Assembly (NCBI RefSeq): GCF_017876095.1
Contig: NZ_JAGINM010000003.1
Location: 63,491 to 127,490, forward strand
Direction: 5' to 3'
DNA from: Azospirillum agricola
GTDB taxonomy: Bacteria; Pseudomonadota; Alphaproteobacteria; Azospirillales; Azospirillaceae
Length of the DNA stretch: 64,000 nucleotides
Every line of letters begins with the position of its first letter. The first letter of the stretch is position 1. The translations under genes and the position numbers were made by a program. The notes beneath the pieces were generated by a model, which was given only the letters and a program-made list of their open reading frames with translations, did no database searches and was not told the origin of the DNA. This document shows positions 61,868-64,000 of the stretch, in pieces.

Positions 61868-62056
61868 TCACCGGTCCTGTTGAAGGCCTTGATGGGTGGT
61901 GTTCTGGGCGGTGTTGCCCTGACGGTCCTGCTCCTTCAGGTTCGCCGGCGGCGAACGGTTGTCGGCCGCCGTGTCGGCCGGGGCGCTCTCCGGCACGCCG
62001 GCCGGACCCTTGTCGCTGCGTCCGGCGGGCGGGACGGGGGGGATGTGCTTGGTCAT
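61868..62056 (-). CDS. Small hydrophilic protein (62 aa, MTKHIPPVPPAGRSDKGPAGVPES...), unknown function
   Basis: Internal ATG of the tracked ORF 61868..62197, preceded by AGGAG about 9 nt upstream; high GC3; in tandem with the previous small gene. Confidence 0.3.
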   Translation of the reverse strand: MTKHIPPVPPAGRSDKGPAGVPESAPADTAADNRSPPANLKEQDRQGNTAQNTTHQGLQQDR

Positions 62057-62168
62057 CGAAGCCGCTCCTGCGGTGGAAGACAGTGCCTCTCCAACAGGGG
62101 CTCGACGGGGCGGGTTCCCCGTTCCGCCGCCGCAACGCTTGCATGCGAAGAAATCGGGAGGGTGGAGA

Positions 62169-63584
62169 ATGATCCGCCCCTTATGCTCCCGGCCCATGCC
62201 GCACAGCCCATCGCCCGCCCCATCCGCCGCCGTTCCCGCCGCCGACGGCCTTCCGGTTCCGCAGCGTTACTGGGCGATGGCGGCGATGACGGCGGCGCTG
62301 GTCATGGCGGTGCTGGACGGCGTGGTCGCCACCATGGCCCTGCCGACGATCCAGCGCGAATTCGCCATCGACGCGGCGCAGTCGATCTGGGTGGTGAACG
62401 CCTACCAGATCGCCGTCACCATCTCGCTGTTCCCGCTCGCCTCGCTGGGCGACATCCTGGGCTACCGCCGGGTCTACTGGGGCGGGCTGGCGGTGTTCAC
62501 CGTGGCGTCGCTGGCCTGCGCGCTGGCGGATTCGCTGCCGCTGCTGACGGCGGCGCGGGTGCTCCAGGGACTCGGCGGCGCCGGCATCATGAGCGTCAGC
62601 CTCGCGCTGGTCCGCCATATCTACCCGACGGCCCAGCTCGGGCGCGGGGTGGGCTACAACGCGCTGATCGTCGCGGTGACGACGGCGGCGGGGCCCAGCG
62701 TCGCGGCGCTGATCCTTTCCGTCGCCTCCTGGCCCTGGCTGTTCGCCGTCAACGTGCCGATCGGGCTGGCGGCGCTGGTGGTCGCGGCGAAGGCGCTGCC
62801 GCACTCGCCGCGCTCTGTCCACAGCTTCGACACGGCGGGCGCCGCGCTGAACGCGCTGACGCTCGGGCTGGCGATCCTCGGCTTCAAGGGGCTGGATGGC
62901 AGCCAGCCGCACTGGATGACCGGGCTGGAGCTGGCCGGTGCCCTGGCCTTCGGCGTGGCGCTGGTCCGGCGCGGGCTGTCGCAGGCGGCGCCGCTGCTGC
63001 CGGTCGATCTGCTGCGCCGGCCGGTCTTCGCCCTGTCGGTGGTGACGTCGGTCTGCTCCTTCGCGGCGCAGAACATCGCCTTCGTGGCGCTGCCCTTCTT
63101 CTTCGAGGACGTGCTGGGGCGCAGCCAGGGCGACACCGGCCTGCTGATGACGCCCTGGCCGGTGGCGGTGGCGCTCGTCGCCCCGCTGGCCGGACGGCTG
63201 GCCGACCGCTACGAGCCGAGCCTGCTGAGCGGCGCCGGGCTGGCCCTGTTCGCCGCCGGGCTGGCGTTGATGGGGGCGCTGCCGCCCGACCCGGCCTTCT
63301 GGGACGTGGCGTGGCGGATGGCGCTGGCCGGCTTGGGCTTCGGCCTGTTCCAGACGCCCAACAACAAGGTGCTGGTCAGCAGCGCGCCCAAGGAGCGCAG
63401 CGGCGGGGCCAGCGGCATCCAGGCGACCGGCCGGCTGCTCGGCCAGACGCTGGGAGCGGCCGCCGTCGGGCTGCTGTTCAGCGGGCTGGGCAAGGCCGAC
63501 GGCACGGTGTGGTCGATGGCGCTGGGCGCCGGCCTGTGCCTCGTCGCCTGCCTGACCGGCAGCCTGCGCCGCCGCGTCCGCTGA
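62169..63584 (+). CDS. MFS transporter, 14-TM drug:H+ antiporter (DHA2/EmrB-like)
   Basis: MFS signature (GxLaDrxGrR-like LAGRLADRY). About 14 predicted TM helices. Start chosen at ATG 62169 (MIRPLC...); the tracked ORF starts upstream at 61959 in Ala/Gly-rich low-complexity sequence. Confidence 0.8.
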   Translation: MIRPLCSRPMPHSPSPAPSAAVPAADGLPVPQRYWAMAAMTAALVMAVLDGVVATMALPTIQREFAIDAAQSIWVVNAYQIAVTISLFPLASLGDILGYRRVYWGGLAVFTVASLACALADSLPLLTAARVLQGLGGAGIMSVSLALVRHIYPTAQLGRGVGYNALIVAVTTAAGPSVAALILSVASWPWLFAVNVPIGLAALVVAAKALPHSPRSVHSFDTAGAALNALTLGLAILGFKGLDGSQPHWMTGLELAGALAFGVALVRRGLSQAAPLLPVDLLRRPVFALSVVTSVCSFAAQNIAFVALPFFFEDVLGRSQGDTGLLMTPWPVAVALVAPLAGRLADRYEPSLLSGAGLALFAAGLALMGALPPDPAFWDVAWRMALAGLGFGLFQTPNNKVLVSSAPKERSGGASGIQATGRLLGQTLGAAAVGLLFSGLGKADGTVWSMALGAGLCLVACLTGSLRRRVR

Positions 63585-63645
63585 GCGGCGGCGCTTCCGG
63601 CCGCCGGCGCCGTTGGATCATTCCCCGCGTATCATTCCCGGCGGA

Positions 63646-63984
63646 TCATTGGCGCCGGATCAGCGTGCGCTGGTCGATGCCGTAGGCGAAGCCCGGCGCC
63701 TGGGCGAGTTCGGCGGCGTCCATGTCGAGCGTCGGGGTGCCGTCCTCCATCTTCAGCGCCGTCACCGGCACCGTCACCATCCTGGCTCCCAGCCCCAGCA
63801 CGTCGTTGGGGGCGAGCACGACACGGGCGATGCGCCCATCCGGCTCCGCCATGGTGAAGTCGAGGATCCGGCCGCCGACCTGACCGTCGCGGGTGCGCAA
63901 CTCGGTCCCGACCATCGCCTGGGCCTGCGGCGCCGTCAGCGCGTCCGGCGGCAGCGAGGCGACCGGCGGCGACGGGTTCCGCAC
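63646..63984 (-). CDS. PRC-barrel domain protein
   Basis: MVGTELRTRDGQVGGRILDFTMAEPDGRIARVVL matches the PRC-barrel core pattern (hLxGxxVxxxxGxxlGxIxDlhhDxxxGxIxxhVh). The true start may be the internal MVGTEL. Confidence 0.6.
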   Translation of the reverse strand: MRNPSPPVASLPPDALTAPQAQAMVGTELRTRDGQVGGRILDFTMAEPDGRIARVVLAPNDVLGLGARMVTVPVTALKMEDGTPTLDMDAAELAQAPGFAYGIDQRTLIRRQ

Positions 63985-64000
63985 CTCGTCGGAAGGCGCC

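Noticed and set aside
61591-62172. Plus-strand ORFs 61587..61883, 61591..61827, 61858..62172 opposite the small MTK genes
   Set aside because: Chosen the minus-strand small genes because of the AGGAG SD and about 95% GC3. The plus-strand ORFs lack starts with SD and overlap both small genes; however, which strand really codes here is not certain.

Overview
High-GC (about 68-70%) proteobacterial chromosome segment, probably an Azospirillum-like alphaproteobacterium, read by eye from the sequence. Many of the long six-frame ORFs are alternate-frame or antisense artefacts of GC-rich coding DNA; real genes were picked by recognisable protein motifs, very high third-position GC, ATGA/short-overlap translational coupling and Shine-Dalgarno-like sequences.

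The left 39 kb is one accessory region, a hybrid PKS-NRPS lipopeptide biosynthetic gene cluster. On the minus strand it carries a cyclic-peptide-type ABC exporter, an NRPS (A-T-C-A[MT-interrupted]-T-E), an AsnB-family amidotransferase and a 4902-aa megasynthase with an iturin/mycosubtilin-style loading region (FAAL-ACP-KS-AT(malonyl)-ACP-aminotransferase, which makes a beta-amino fatty acid), then four C-type domains, one A-domain remnant, one full A domain and two T domains. A 0.9-kb AT-rich island follows, then a divergent plus-strand block: an AmpC-like serine hydrolase fused to an autotransporter, a DUF697 protein, a small membrane protein, an SPFH protein, an outer-membrane beta-barrel, and a terminating NRPS (DCL-type C-A-T-TE). 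A convergent TauD/SyrP-like hydroxylase closes the region.

Unusual features of this cluster: a degenerate (truncated) A domain in module 1, tandem C domains with a mutated HHxxxDG motif, a PRMT-like methyltransferase insert, an NRPS ending in an E domain that must dock in trans with the distant DCL-C-A-T-TE protein, and an AsnB homologue translationally coupled inside the operon.

The right 25 kb is core-like: a CreD-NagZ-like operon divergent from creBC, an S8 autotransporter protease, a long minus-strand catabolic/transport operon (MBL hydrolase, two FAD-linked oxidases, LeuC/LeuD-like hydro-lyase, isocitrate-lyase/PEP-mutase family, LivKHMGF), an IclR regulator, two tandem tiny hydrophilic proteins, an MFS transporter and a PRC-barrel protein. 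A roughly 150-bp composite palindromic (REP-like) element occurs twice in intergenic gaps of that operon.
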